Source of the DNA: a virus
Lineage: Duplodnaviria; Caudoviricetes
Virus record (IMG/VR): IMGVR_UViG_2531839366_000001
Location: 1-64,000 of that record
DNA length: 64,000 bases
Direction: 5' to 3' (one strand)
Below, one piece after another: positions 46,930-57,965 of this stretch. Position numbers and translations under genes: made by a program. The notes under the pieces are model-generated. The model had not been told where the DNA came from and ran no database searches. It worked only from the letters and a program-made list of their open reading frames with translations. Each line of letters begins with the position of its first letter. The stretch's first letter is position 1.

Positions 46930-47718
46930 TTACTTAACTTTGATATATTCGTAAAACCATTTCCCGCCTGGTCTATTATCCATCCACCAAGTAATTTTAT
47001 CTAATTCAGTGTTAGGTAAGACCTCAGTTTGTAAGTACGCCACACCAGTTAAAGGATCAGAAATAACCTTCCCTTTAATTCCACGCTCATTCATAGCGTT
47101 TAGAACTTCTTGGGACATCGAAATGCCAAAACCACCAGATTTAACATATTGGTAACCACCTGAATTACTTGTATTACCACTACCAGAGTTGCTAGCTGCA
47201 CCCAAAACCGCTTGTCCAGTTAGTGCGTAAACGATTGAGTTTGCAATCTTACCTACATCCCATTTAGCCATGTCGGATTCGTTATCAATAAATCCAAGTT
47301 CGATTAGGATTGCAGGAGCATTAGTTCCTTTTAATACCGCTAAATCAGTGCGTTGTTTTGCACCGCGGTCACGCCATCCAATATCTTTAGCAAGTTGAGC
47401 CGATACTTTAGCTGCCAAATCTTTTTGATCAAAATAAAGCACCTCCACACCATGACCATTCCCATCACTTGCATTAAGATGGTAAGAAATAACTAAATCA
47501 ACATCATGAGAATTACAGTTACGAACGATATTATTTAAGTTCTGCGCTTGAGTTCTTCCTACTTCATCTGTGTCATCATAAACAGTATGTCCTAAAGTTC
47601 TTAACTTAGCTGTTACTGCATCTTTAACCAATCTATCCATGATATGTTCTTTACGACCACCATAGTTAGCACCTTGTACAAAGTTATTATGTCCACCATG
47701 ATTACTATATCTAGCCAT
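46930..47718 (-). CDS. Endolysin, N-acetylmuramoyl-L-alanine amidase (Amidase_3)
   Basis: HGGH...E, SYHLNA and PAILIELGF motifs; follows the holin. Confidence 0.92.
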   Translation of the reverse strand: MARYSNHGGHNNFVQGANYGGRKEHIMDRLVKDAVTAKLRTLGHTVYDDTDEVGRTQAQNLNNIVRNCNSHDVDLVISYHLNASDGNGHGVEVLYFDQKDLAAKVSAQLAKDIGWRDRGAKQRTDLAVLKGTNAPAILIELGFIDNESDMAKWDVGKIANSIVYALTGQAVLGAASNSGSGNTSNSGGYQYVKSGGFGISMSQEVLNAMNERGIKGKVISDPLTGVAYLQTEVLPNTELDKITWWMDNRPGGKWFYEYIKVK

Positions 47719-48143
47719 TATTCAACATCTCCTTTTTTATTTTCTTGTTTTTGTTTACCACCCAAAATTTCAACTGCATTTGTTAATGCTGAAGGTAAAG
47801 GAATCCCCATACGACCAGCGTTTTCTAAAAGCGATAGCAATTCATTACCCATGAAGAAAAAGATTGTCGCTTCACGAATTGCACTGTTACTTCCAATCGC
47901 TGAATCTAATTGAGCGGCCGCACCAACCAAAAGAAAAAGCACCACTTTTTTGGCGATGCCTTTGAAACCAACTTTACTTTTTAATTCCCCGTTATATCCT
48001 GCTGCAATCATTCCAGTTAAATAATCAATAACTGCCATTGTCACTAAGATTTTCAATGTTGCATCCCATCCACCCAAAAAATACCCACAGAAGCCACCGA
48101 ATGTAGCTATAAATGTTTTAAGTAATACGTCAATACGATCCAT
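47718..48143 (-). CDS. Phage holin (holin 4 family)
   Basis: GFCGYFLGGWD...DYLTG...NELLSLLENAGRMG. Confidence 0.92.
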   Translation of the reverse strand: MDRIDVLLKTFIATFGGFCGYFLGGWDATLKILVTMAVIDYLTGMIAAGYNGELKSKVGFKGIAKKVVLFLLVGAAAQLDSAIGSNSAIREATIFFFMGNELLSLLENAGRMGIPLPSALTNAVEILGGKQKQENKKGDVE

Positions 48144-48202
48144 TTTTTCACTCCTTTATTCAAAATAAAAAAGCCTGCTTATGCACGCTTGATTTGTAAT
48201 AT

Positions 48203-49351
48203 CTAAATTAAAAAGCTCATAGCAAGGTGAAATGTACTACCATCTTGAATGGCCCCATTCAAGAAAATCCCGCCATTACTTTTTATTGTAACTTCACAAA
48301 ATACTGTATTAACTCCTCCAGCTATCATAATAGCTGGAAAAGCGATGTCTTGAACAGGCCTAAATCCAACTGGAAGTGTGGCAAATACTGTCTCTTTTTT
48401 TGCATTTCGGATTGAACCTATTACATTAATATCTTCACCACTTCTTTTATACTTCAAAATCCTATCGGATACATTCTCTACCCCAGTTGTTGGAAGGTTA
48501 ATCCATCCAGTATCAGTCATTACCTTAATACCACCACTAAAGGTTACTTCGCCTGTAAAAGTACCTCCAGTTTTAGGGACAATCTCTCTGTCTAGTATCA
48601 AGCGAGACCATTCAGACCATTTACCACTGTTATTTACTCGAATATAAGTTTCATTTCCATTTCCTAACAGAGTAGCTTTTTGAACAAGAGCCGCACTTGT
48701 AGCCGATTCTATAGAAACAAACCATGTGTAGATAGAATTGTTAGGCGTATTTTTAAGTTGACTTCCAACATAAGCTCCAGTTTTCAAAACAGTATTCAAG
48801 TCTGTATTAACAGCTAAATCAATAGAAGTTCCATCGTCATCTGTAACTTTCCAGAGTTGATATTTTTGCCCTGTAACAGCTGCTGTTAATTCATTTATAC
48901 GTTTATTCGCTTCATCAATTTGCTTTTGATGTCCTTTAACCGTTTCAAGAGCTTGATCAAACTCTGAAATGTAGTTTTCTATTTTGATATTCCCTTCTTT
49001 TACATCTCTTCCTAATTCAATTTTTATATCTTGTGTGCTGAATCGTTCAGTTTCATTTTTTTCACAAACAAAATAGGCGGTCCACTCACCAGGAGTCGAA
49101 ACCGATTCTTGTGAAAATATATATTCAACTATTCCTTTTGCTGCATCGACTATAGTTGCATCATCTCGTATGAATTTACCCGCTGTATTTATTGCCTCAA
49201 ACTTAATTGCATAATCAGTTAAGTTTTTTGGTCTCCCATTCTCCTTTAGGTAAACAGTTAATTTAAGGCCACCTTTATCATTTTGTCTTGATCGTATTGT
49301 TTTTGAAAACAACGTGTTTGCTAAGTCTATAATTAGAACTTCATTACGCAT
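48203..49351 (-). CDS. BppU-like baseplate upper protein / receptor-binding fibre
   Basis: RSRQND..., N-terminal BppU-type domain, DLNTVLKTG knob-like repeat, TGWINL...LPVGFRP C-terminus. Confidence 0.8.
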   Translation of the reverse strand: MRNEVLIIDLANTLFSKTIRSRQNDKGGLKLTVYLKENGRPKNLTDYAIKFEAINTAGKFIRDDATIVDAAKGIVEYIFSQESVSTPGEWTAYFVCEKNETERFSTQDIKIELGRDVKEGNIKIENYISEFDQALETVKGHQKQIDEANKRINELTAAVTGQKYQLWKVTDDDGTSIDLAVNTDLNTVLKTGAYVGSQLKNTPNNSIYTWFVSIESATSAALVQKATLLGNGNETYIRVNNSGKWSEWSRLILDREIVPKTGGTFTGEVTFSGGIKVMTDTGWINLPTTGVENVSDRILKYKRSGEDINVIGSIRNAKKETVFATLPVGFRPVQDIAFPAIMIAGGVNTVFCEVTIKSNGGIFLNGAIQDGSTFHLAMSFLI

Positions 49352-49366
49352 GTATTCACCAACTTC

Positions 49367-51751
49367 CTATCCTACTTTTGCTTCTAAAGATTCTAACCTT
49401 TTTATGGAAATTTCATTTTGCTCCATAAGGATTTTATTTTGTTCCAGAATAAGTTTATTTTGTTCTTCTAGTTCCTTTATGCGTTCATCAGTCTTTTTAA
49501 CATGCACTTGGAATGCCCGAGCGTTTTTTGTAGCCATTGAATAGACATTTACACCTTGCTTATCGCCCTTAGCTGGTAAAACAAGACCAAAACGTTTTTC
49601 TAAATCTTCAACACTCTTCAGAGTCGCTCCGTTTGCGATATCCTCTTCAGTTAAACTCGCATTATATTTTTCGATTTCTTCTACTTCCGAAATAAGATTA
49701 TAGCTTTTTAACTGCCAAGACATCACTTCGTCAAAAGCAGAATCGTCCATACTTAAAATATTTGTTTTTAATGTTGAAAGAGAATTGTTTATTAGATCAT
49801 TTGTTATTAAACGATTGCAATCAATTGTTTGTTGAGCTGTCATATTCTTAGCTGTGACACGTCCCACTGCTCCGTTTGAAACATCGACATAACTTCCGTA
49901 ATATCCACCAGCTTTAATGTTTTTGAAGACCGTTGAGCCGTCGGCTGCCTTTGAAATAATTTGTAGTGCTGGAAATCCGGGTTCGCCTGCATAATTCGGG
50001 TTATATCGCAATCTAACACCATTCAAAAATAAATCTACATCATCATAATTTTTTTGAAAGCTCGCGTATATAAATCCATCTTTTACAAGGTTAAAGTCGC
50101 CACGATGATAAACATTAGCATCTCCGCCCGATGACAAAGAAACGCTCTTATCACCAGTCAAAGTAACCTTTCCGTCAATTGTCATATACAATGTGCCTGA
50201 ATAATGCAACGAGCCATCTCCATCACGTCCATTTACCATCGAAATGCCAGCCGCTCGACTATTCACATCATTATCATCAAATTGATAAATCATCAGTGAT
50301 CCAGATTCTACATTATTAGAATCACTTCCTAAGATAATTGTCGGTTGAATTCCATTACTTGTTTGGTAATAACCGTGATACATCCGAACGATGTTATTTT
50401 GATATAATCGCATATATTGACTATCTAAGGACACATAATTACTTGTATTGCTCGTACGAAGTTGTGTCCCAGATATTAGTTTTCCATATATACGCTCTGC
50501 TGCTACTCCATCACCGGTAATAGCAGTTCGATATGTTTGTCCTGCGTCATTCGAAACACCAATACCATCCGAAGTGAGACGAATAACCCTATTAGGGTTG
50601 TTTTTGTCAACCAATGTAATACCGCCGTTTACCGGATACTGAACTTCCGTAAATGTATTGTTAATCGCTACCGCTGCATTCTTTAAAAATGCATTCATAG
50701 CGTCATATTTTACTAGTCCATCCGTATTCACGATTCCACGTAATGTTTTCTCCATTTCGCCGAGCATTACATCCGCCCAACTCACAGGATTATTAGAGAA
50801 GGTTACATGTGTATCATACGGTTCTAAATCATGATCATAATACTCATCTATTTGAGTGATTCTTGTGTCTAAATCGAGATTAAGTGGCTCATAGATTAAA
50901 AACACATGATTTCCTACTTTAGCAACATCTCGATAACCCGATTTTCTGAGGTCCCTGTATTCAATTGTTACTGTTACATAAGGTACATCTTGTAGATTTT
51001 GCTTCAGATAAGCATCTAAAGAAGCAGGATTTGTAAAACGGTCATCTTCAATCGTTTTAGCTTCTATCACACCGAATCTAGCTTGATTTGGGCTATTGTA
51101 CACTCGCTTCAATCCGTCTTTTCCGTAACCTGTAATTCGTGTCGCAAGATTTGTTGTGTCTACATCACGAGAAATAGATTTTATATTAAAACTGTAACGG
51201 AATTGGAAATCCGTTTGCTCTCCTACACGGTTTTTTATTGTAAGTCTGTCATTCTCGTTAATGATTTCAACTTCGTATCTTTCTAGTCCTTTAGCAAGCA
51301 TAGAAGAACGACTTTCCCGTCCTAAGTTTTCAAAATCTGCTGCATTTATAGGAAACTCGCCAATTAATTCATACTTATTTTGATAAAGGGTACCATTGAA
51401 TAGTTCACCGAAAAAAGTAACGATGTTCATTCTTCCTGTAAATTTCTCACCAATAACACCCATGTACTGTGAATTCGCCATATCTGCATAAAATTTTTGC
51501 ACACACTTAACTAACTTCAGTTTTCCGTTTTTACCGAAGTTCCGTTCAGATGTATTTTTAATTACATATTGTTCTCCGTAAAAATAGATATAAGACTCTT
51601 CTAAAACCATAGTATAAGAATGCTCATTTCTTGTTGTGTTAAACAATGTAAAACTTAATAACCGTTCCCCATTAAGTGTAGTTTGCCGATGTAGATCTTT
51701 AAAATCGATCACCATTTCTTGATTTTGATTTAAATCCTCTACTATAAACAA
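49367..51751 (-). CDS. Tail-associated (Tal/endopeptidase-type) spike protein with a C-terminal intramolecular-chaperone-like domain
   Basis: NLATRITGYGKDG and AITGDGVAAERI; C-terminal SLSTLKTNI..M plus coiled coil. Confidence 0.8.
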   Translation of the reverse strand: MFIVEDLNQNQEMVIDFKDLHRQTTLNGERLLSFTLFNTTRNEHSYTMVLEESYIYFYGEQYVIKNTSERNFGKNGKLKLVKCVQKFYADMANSQYMGVIGEKFTGRMNIVTFFGELFNGTLYQNKYELIGEFPINAADFENLGRESRSSMLAKGLERYEVEIINENDRLTIKNRVGEQTDFQFRYSFNIKSISRDVDTTNLATRITGYGKDGLKRVYNSPNQARFGVIEAKTIEDDRFTNPASLDAYLKQNLQDVPYVTVTIEYRDLRKSGYRDVAKVGNHVFLIYEPLNLDLDTRITQIDEYYDHDLEPYDTHVTFSNNPVSWADVMLGEMEKTLRGIVNTDGLVKYDAMNAFLKNAAVAINNTFTEVQYPVNGGITLVDKNNPNRVIRLTSDGIGVSNDAGQTYRTAITGDGVAAERIYGKLISGTQLRTSNTSNYVSLDSQYMRLYQNNIVRMYHGYYQTSNGIQPTIILGSDSNNVESGSLMIYQFDDNDVNSRAAGISMVNGRDGDGSLHYSGTLYMTIDGKVTLTGDKSVSLSSGGDANVYHRGDFNLVKDGFIYASFQKNYDDVDLFLNGVRLRYNPNYAGEPGFPALQIISKAADGSTVFKNIKAGGYYGSYVDVSNGAVGRVTAKNMTAQQTIDCNRLITNDLINNSLSTLKTNILSMDDSAFDEVMSWQLKSYNLISEVEEIEKYNASLTEEDIANGATLKSVEDLEKRFGLVLPAKGDKQGVNVYSMATKNARAFQVHVKKTDERIKELEEQNKLILEQNKILMEQNEISIKRLESLEAKVG

Positions 51752-51768
51752 TTATTCATCTCACCTCC

Positions 51769-52608
51769 TTATAAATAGTGATATCTGAATCCGAAGGATA
51801 TTTCGAAATTGCTAGCTCCAGAGATAGTAATGTTGTTCCAACCTGGTTTTAGCCGTATATAATAACGGCTTGTGTTACGGAATATACTTGCACCTTGCTT
51901 AAATGATCGAATCCCTGTTATAAAGATTAGATCATTAGGATTAGATGAACCGTAATATTGCCAATAAATCGGCTGCCCGAATGCATCTAGAATAGATTTA
52001 TTAGTTATCTTCAGTTGATTAGAAGCGCCGATAAAACTTATATCTAGGTCCATGTATCGTGAATCTATTTCAACATTCCCTGCATTAAATACCCATAGAT
52101 CTGTTTCACTATAAAATACATATTGAATGGGCTTATCTAGTACGAATCTAGACAATACATCCGAATTGTATAATTTCTCTATGAAATCAGATTCATCAGT
52201 TCGGAACGTAGACATAGCAAATGGAGGGTTATCAGCTGTGAATTTCACTTCGAAAAATCCGTACATTCTTTGTTGGTCAAAATCATAGCTGTCATCAGCT
52301 ACAACAAGCCACCGTTTTTCAGGAATTCTCATGTCATAAATAAAAAAATACTCATCACTTCTAAATAAATTAAACACTTCATCTCTCTCTGTTGCGTAAG
52401 TTTCCATACTCCCTGCTTTTAAACAAAAAACCCCAGTGATTTCACGGGATTCAATGTCAGCAACTTGTCCTACGCTGCCTGGTCGCCCTATAACTTGCTC
52501 ACGAGGACGGTTATATTTAGGAGATGAGACGCGGAAATCTAATGTCATAATTCCCACGTCGCTTAACAGAGTTTTTTCACCACTAAAACGCTCAATTGAA
52601 ACGTCCAT
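51769..52608 (-). CDS. Distal tail protein (Dit)
   Basis: Between the tape measure and Tal genes; ends LKPGWNNITI...FRYHYL. Confidence 0.85.
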   Translation of the reverse strand: MDVSIERFSGEKTLLSDVGIMTLDFRVSSPKYNRPREQVIGRPGSVGQVADIESREITGVFCLKAGSMETYATERDEVFNLFRSDEYFFIYDMRIPEKRWLVVADDSYDFDQQRMYGFFEVKFTADNPPFAMSTFRTDESDFIEKLYNSDVLSRFVLDKPIQYVFYSETDLWVFNAGNVEIDSRYMDLDISFIGASNQLKITNKSILDAFGQPIYWQYYGSSNPNDLIFITGIRSFKQGASIFRNTSRYYIRLKPGWNNITISGASNFEISFGFRYHYL

Positions 52609-52611
52609 TAA

Positions 52612-55600
52612 TCATCTTCCTTTTAAATAAGATTTGATTTGAATGTTACTAGATTGCATATCACTTATGATTGGCTCAGTAACTCGGGCCATTTCATATC
52701 CATCTATAATAAGTACGTTTTCAATTACTGTAGGTTTTTGTTGTACTGTAGCTGCATTTCCAAAGACACTATTTTGTGATTTCACCATTGCACTTTGACC
52801 AAAGCTGGACGTAGAAACCCCAGAAACACTTGTAGGTACTCTGTATCCTGTTGAAACATTAGGAATCGCAGGAGCCGTTACGGTGCCCGTTGAAATATCA
52901 CCTAACACTATTCCATCAGACAATGTATCAAAAGCATCTTTCACTGATTCAGCCATTGTTCTTGCAGCTTTAACTGCTGGGTTTTCCATATTGTCTATCC
53001 CTTTGATCATACCTAATACTACGAATTCCCCTACATCACGCATTAAACGAGATGGAGAATGAATATTAAAGAAACCTGTTACCGCTTCATAAGCTGAGCT
53101 AGCAATAGACTTAACTTTATCTACCACTTTTCCTGCGAAATTACTGATACCATCTATCAATCCCTTGATTATGTTTTCGCCAGCTTTTAAGAATTTTCCG
53201 ACAAATCCAGTAACCGAAGAAACAGCTTTATCAAGTATTATTTTTACGCCTGTTACGACACCTTCTAGTTTAGAACCAACACCGCTTACAATACCGTCCC
53301 AAATTTCGCCGAAGAAATTTCTTATCATGCCGCCCCAACTACTAGTAAATGTGCTTATTGATTCAAGTTTAGAACCAAAAAATACGTATATTTCAGCTAG
53401 TGCGTCATTCCATACTCTCTTGATATCATCCCAAAACTTAATGAACGGTTTAACAATATCTCCAGCAAATTTACCAAGCCATTTCAGAATGCGCCCTGCT
53501 CCCCAAAGTTGGATATAGCCCCAAAGGAACTCAAGTGCTCCATTCCAAATTTGCTTTATTCCTTCCCAAACACCATTCCAGTCACCAGTGAATAGAGATG
53601 AGAATACTTTTACAATACCGAGAATAATGTCTAAGGCACCCTGAATAACAGATTTAATCGCTTCCCATGTCCCAATTACAATTTCTTTGATAATTGGCCA
53701 TACGACTTGCATGACTGCTAGAATGACAGGCATAACAGCTTGTATTACTGCAAGTACAGCATTCCAAACATTACCTATCGCCTCTTTTATTTGGTTTCCG
53801 TTTTCATTCCAAAACGTTGCGATTTGGCCTCCGATTTCAGTCATAAACGCCCATACTTCCCCTAACCCTTCACTGATTGTTGTTTTTATACTTTCTATAA
53901 TTGAAGTTATAGTAGTAATTGCTTCAGGAGATAAACCTAATGATTTAAGAAGTGCCGAACCACCTTCGCCATCTCCCATGAACAACGTAAAAATACCTTG
54001 CATGAACGTTGCGAAGTCAGTAAAAGTTTGTTTAATTGTTTCAATTACAGATCTAACCGTTTCACCAAACGATAAGATAGCCTTTACATTCTCTGGAGAC
54101 ATGCCAAGTGAGGTTAACATACTTGCTGCACCACCACTATTGCCCATGAGAATCTGCCAAAACGCTTGGAAAGCCGTTATAACATTGTTTATTGCATTTC
54201 TAAATGGCTCTATGTTTTCATATGCATATTTAAACCCAAGCACCAAAGCGGCAATTGCGGCAGCTACACCGAGCGCCACAGGAGTCGTCAACGCTAAACC
54301 TTCAAGCAATGGTCCAATTACTGCCCATACCGCAAAAGCAGCAGCTCTTAATCCCTTAAACAACCCTATACCAACTGCAAGGGGCATTAGAATCACAGCT
54401 AAAGCAGACGCTAAATATAAAATCATTCCGGCTATCTGTGTAATAGCTGGATTAATCTCATTGATTTTATTAATAAACTCACCGACTTTCGTCAATGCAT
54501 TAACAAAACCAGCAGCAAACTTTCCCCATATCTCAACGAATGGTTTTAAAGCTTCTGCCCATACTTCTTTAAACTTCTCAATCGCTATACCTAAAGGAGT
54601 AAGTGAATCCTGTAATTCCTTAATCTTTTTACTTGCTTCGTCACGCGCTCTTCCTAACTCATCTTTTACAGCAGTATTAGTAAGAGCTATTTTTTCACGC
54701 CATAACGCTACATATTGATCTAGTTCAGGTTGCGATATTTGAGACAATGCTCGAATCTGCCCTGCTGCCTCTGGTCCCATTTTATATAACTCTTCTTTAA
54801 GTTCAACGGGTATACGAGCACCTAAAGATTTCATATCTTTAACCCAACCGCGCATTAAATCGACTTGGCTTTTTAGGTTATTTTTAAGGTCTTCACCCTT
54901 GAATGTTTCTCTCTGAACCTTTTTAAATAAGTCAGCAAAGTTATATACTTCATCAATACGTTTTTGATATTGTTTGTTGTATTCGTCAGTGATTGCTTGT
55001 TGTTGCTTACGTATATCTGCGGGGTCAGGTCCTTTTGCGGCTTTCCACATAGCGGCAGTGAATAATGTAAAGCTAGCTACTGTAGCTAAAGCTGTCATCT
55101 GTAAACGCATGAGCCCCATATTGATTATGCGTATCTGATCATTTAACTGTTTCATACTAGCGTTAGGGCCAACGAACTCTAACGCTAGTTGAGCAGCGTT
55201 ACCAGATTGTGCGAATCGGTTAAAAGCACCTACAGCAGTCAAAGCACCACGTGATAAGTTATAGAACGGATTACCCATAGCAGTTAAATTCCCCTTCAAT
55301 CTACCAGCCATGAGTGTCATATTTCTCATCGTACCAATTGTTTGAAGTATAGAAGCCATTTGCATACGATTAAGATTCATCATTGCGTCATTGGCTTTCT
55401 TTTCTGCTGCACCCAAAGCTGTAACCTCACGTATTAAATCGCGTGTAGAACCTTGATAGCTTCCCATACTCATACCCAAATCAAGATAAGCTAATTTTGT
55501 ACGCTTTAATTCTTCAATATGGGGCTCCATAGCAGCACGTTGCTCTGCTTTCATTTGACGTAGACGTCTACTATATTCACTATTGGAATTCCCCATATTT

Positions 55601-55743
55601 TCAATACTACGCCGATATTCACGAGAGCTTCTGCTTGTTGTTGCTACAAAATCATTCATTTGTTGACGCATCTGTTGTATTTCACGACGCATCTGATCTG
55701 TTTCAGCTCTAAACTGAACTACTAATTCTTCATTTGTTGCCAA
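52612..55743 (-). CDS. Tail tape measure protein
   Basis: 1043 aa, helical, W-spaced repeats, IHSPSRLM. Confidence 0.92.
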   Translation of the reverse strand: MATNEELVVQFRAETDQMRREIQQMRQQMNDFVATTSRSSREYRRSIENMGNSNSEYSRRLRQMKAEQRAAMEPHIEELKRTKLAYLDLGMSMGSYQGSTRDLIREVTALGAAEKKANDAMMNLNRMQMASILQTIGTMRNMTLMAGRLKGNLTAMGNPFYNLSRGALTAVGAFNRFAQSGNAAQLALEFVGPNASMKQLNDQIRIINMGLMRLQMTALATVASFTLFTAAMWKAAKGPDPADIRKQQQAITDEYNKQYQKRIDEVYNFADLFKKVQRETFKGEDLKNNLKSQVDLMRGWVKDMKSLGARIPVELKEELYKMGPEAAGQIRALSQISQPELDQYVALWREKIALTNTAVKDELGRARDEASKKIKELQDSLTPLGIAIEKFKEVWAEALKPFVEIWGKFAAGFVNALTKVGEFINKINEINPAITQIAGMILYLASALAVILMPLAVGIGLFKGLRAAAFAVWAVIGPLLEGLALTTPVALGVAAAIAALVLGFKYAYENIEPFRNAINNVITAFQAFWQILMGNSGGAASMLTSLGMSPENVKAILSFGETVRSVIETIKQTFTDFATFMQGIFTLFMGDGEGGSALLKSLGLSPEAITTITSIIESIKTTISEGLGEVWAFMTEIGGQIATFWNENGNQIKEAIGNVWNAVLAVIQAVMPVILAVMQVVWPIIKEIVIGTWEAIKSVIQGALDIILGIVKVFSSLFTGDWNGVWEGIKQIWNGALEFLWGYIQLWGAGRILKWLGKFAGDIVKPFIKFWDDIKRVWNDALAEIYVFFGSKLESISTFTSSWGGMIRNFFGEIWDGIVSGVGSKLEGVVTGVKIILDKAVSSVTGFVGKFLKAGENIIKGLIDGISNFAGKVVDKVKSIASSAYEAVTGFFNIHSPSRLMRDVGEFVVLGMIKGIDNMENPAVKAARTMAESVKDAFDTLSDGIVLGDISTGTVTAPAIPNVSTGYRVPTSVSGVSTSSFGQSAMVKSQNSVFGNAATVQQKPTVIENVLIIDGYEMARVTEPIISDMQSSNIQIKSYLKGR

Positions 55744-55761
55744 AATCTCACCTACCTCTCA

Positions 55762-56070
55762 TCAACGAAAATCGAGATTTTGTAAGAATTTCATATCTTC
55801 TTCTACTTTTTGTTTCTTTTCTTCTATAGTTAACGAATGTTTTTCATCATCATTTAATTTATCTCGATTGAATAAATCAGTTGGTTTTAACTTCTTTTTA
55901 GGATCATGATGATAAGAAGAACGCATCATGATTGCAAAAACACTATATGTTTGTAATTCATCAAGATGCTGTTCATTTCTGCCGATCATCATGTTATCGA
56001 ATTCCCGTGGTGTAAGTTCCATAACTTCGCTTGGTAATAAATTTAAATATCTAAACCCATCTTGTTGCAC
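55762..56070 (-). CDS. Tail assembly chaperone T segment
   Basis: Between G and the tape measure; the frame stays open upstream across the G stop. Confidence 0.7.
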   Translation of the reverse strand: MQQDGFRYLNLLPSEVMELTPREFDNMMIGRNEQHLDELQTYSVFAIMMRSSYHHDPKKKLKPTDLFNRDKLNDDEKHSLTIEEKKQKVEEDMKFLQNLDFR

Positions 56071-56099
56071 TTTATCAAGATCATCTCGAGTAAATTCTC

Positions 56100-56525
56100 T
56101 TACTTTTCGTCCTTCCCGAACATGTCGTCTAGCATTTCTTGCATCTCTGGATTCTCCGCTGCTTCCGGATGTTTCGCTAAGTATTGTTTCTTCATTTGTT
56201 TTCGGCGCTTTTTTGTCGTGTTTTGGTAAAAAGAACTTTCAGCTACAACCTCATTTAAAAGTTCCTCAATAAATTCTTGTGAAATTTTTCCTGATTCGAA
56301 TTGTTTTTCGATATTCTCCATTACTTTATCGCGCGTAAACCCTTGTTTTGTATGCATTAAACCGAAATATACAGCATCAACAAATAATTCTAAATCTCCT
56401 TGCATGCAAGCCATAATTACCGCGTCTGAACCACCTTCATACTTTTTGTTGAGTTCATAAATGTTTCCAAAAGTTAATTTTAAATCGTATTCTTTTCCAT
56501 CAATTTCAAAACGCATATATATCAA
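56100..56525 (-). CDS. Tail assembly chaperone G
   Basis: Follows the tube gene; FEIDGKEYDLKLTF start. Confidence 0.75.
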   Translation of the reverse strand: MIYMRFEIDGKEYDLKLTFGNIYELNKKYEGGSDAVIMACMQGDLELFVDAVYFGLMHTKQGFTRDKVMENIEKQFESGKISQEFIEELLNEVVAESSFYQNTTKKRRKQMKKQYLAKHPEAAENPEMQEMLDDMFGKDEK

Positions 56526-56583
56526 TCTCCTTTTAATTGAGTGTAATTTTCAAATTTAAAAAGAGCAGGCATTATGCCCACTC

Positions 56584-57054
56584 TTAAGCTCCTGCTGATA
56601 CTGTTTCGCCCGCACCTGGTGGAATTGTAGTTAATGTTTCTGTAGTTACTGAACCAGATAATTTAACTTCCAAGGAATAGGTAGCAAATTCTCCTGTTGA
56701 AGCAGTCTTTTCAAACGAAGTGATCATGTAAGTTCCTTTTTCTGCTTCTTTTGTACGTTTGTTAATTTCATAGATTTCAATATATTCTTTATTACGTAAT
56801 TTTTTTAGTGCTGCCGCAGGGAATGGGTCACCCTCTGCCATGAGCCCTTCGAATGAACGTGTCTCAGTTACTTTTCCGTAGTCTGAAATTGTTCTATCTT
56901 TTGAAGCTGCTTCAATTTCATCAGCTTCTACACTATGTGAGGAATCCGTTTGGTCAAACGGACGTACCATAGTATCTTTGTTTGTAGCATCTTTAATAAC
57001 TGCAGCGATTAAGAAATCATCACCGCGCATCATTTTGTTTTTTACTTCAGCCAT
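56584..57054 (-). CDS. Major tail (tube) protein
   Basis: Position in the tail operon; IEAASKD, ATYSLEVKLSG. Confidence 0.8.
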   Translation of the reverse strand: MAEVKNKMMRGDDFLIAAVIKDATNKDTMVRPFDQTDSSHSVEADEIEAASKDRTISDYGKVTETRSFEGLMAEGDPFPAAALKKLRNKEYIEIYEINKRTKEAEKGTYMITSFEKTASTGEFATYSLEVKLSGSVTTETLTTIPPGAGETVSAGA

Positions 57055-57069
57055 CTATATTCACGCTCC

Positions 57070-57471
57070 TTAATTTGTATAAGTTTGTTGGTATTCAAAA
57101 ATCATTGTTAATTGTGCTGAACCAACTCCACTTGGAGCGGTTGTTACTCTTCGGAAATAAATCGTATCCATTGATTCATTGCCATCTTCATTACGAAGGT
57201 GTACGGTATAACCTTTGCTTCTAATTTTATTAGCAATCATTTCTGCTGTTTGCATTGCCTTATCTGTTGTTGTATTAAAAAACCTTACTATCATTGTGTA
57301 TAGTAAGGTGTAATGATCCTTTGAAGTTTTATCATCATTTATAGATAAAATCGGATAATATACCGACGGAATAACTAGTTCTTCAGGAACTTGATCATGA
57401 TAAACAAATGTATTAGTAGGTAGACTATCATATACAAAAGCTTTCATAGAACCATGTATTTGCTCATACAT
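57070..57471 (-). CDS. Tail terminator/completion protein
   Basis: Synteny; PSVYYP motif. Confidence 0.65.
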   Translation of the reverse strand: MYEQIHGSMKAFVYDSLPTNTFVYHDQVPEELVIPSVYYPILSINDDKTSKDHYTLLYTMIVRFFNTTTDKAMQTAEMIANKIRSKGYTVHLRNEDGNESMDTIYFRRVTTAPSGVGSAQLTMIFEYQQTYTN

Positions 57472-57473
57472 AA

Positions 57474-57965
57474 TTATCTCGCTCCATTCTGTACCCAGTT
57501 TCTAAATTGGAGATCAAATGCAGTTTGGAACATACGCTCATAGATAGCGACAGCATTATCCCAGTAAGGACGACCTTCTATGAATTTAGCTGTAAGCATC
57601 ATTCCCGTAGGTGCATGTGGATCATATTCAAAGTTATGACCTTCCCATCTACCAGGAACAAATCGTCTCACTTGCTGCCACCCATCATTTTGAAGCTTCG
57701 CATACTCCACGTTTGTGCCAACTTCTAAAACTAACCCACCATCAGAGGAACGCCATACGTTTCCATTTCCACCCTTATCAAACGAATTAAGTAGTCGCCT
57801 TGTATCAACAACTGCTAATGAAATGATTTGATTTTGCACCTCTTCTAGAAATTGAAATCCACTAGCTTCAAGCCATAAAGCAACATTCTGATCTATTCCG
57901 TTTGCCATACGGTTCAACTTAGCACTAAACTCTCGAAAACCTCGTGTTGTTATTTCGTTAGCCAT
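57474..57965 (-). CDS. HK97 gp10-like neck protein
   Basis: VDTRRLLNS, VGTNVEYA and EGRPY motifs. Confidence 0.85.
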   Translation of the reverse strand: MANEITTRGFREFSAKLNRMANGIDQNVALWLEASGFQFLEEVQNQIISLAVVDTRRLLNSFDKGGNGNVWRSSDGGLVLEVGTNVEYAKLQNDGWQQVRRFVPGRWEGHNFEYDPHAPTGMMLTAKFIEGRPYWDNAVAIYERMFQTAFDLQFRNWVQNGAR

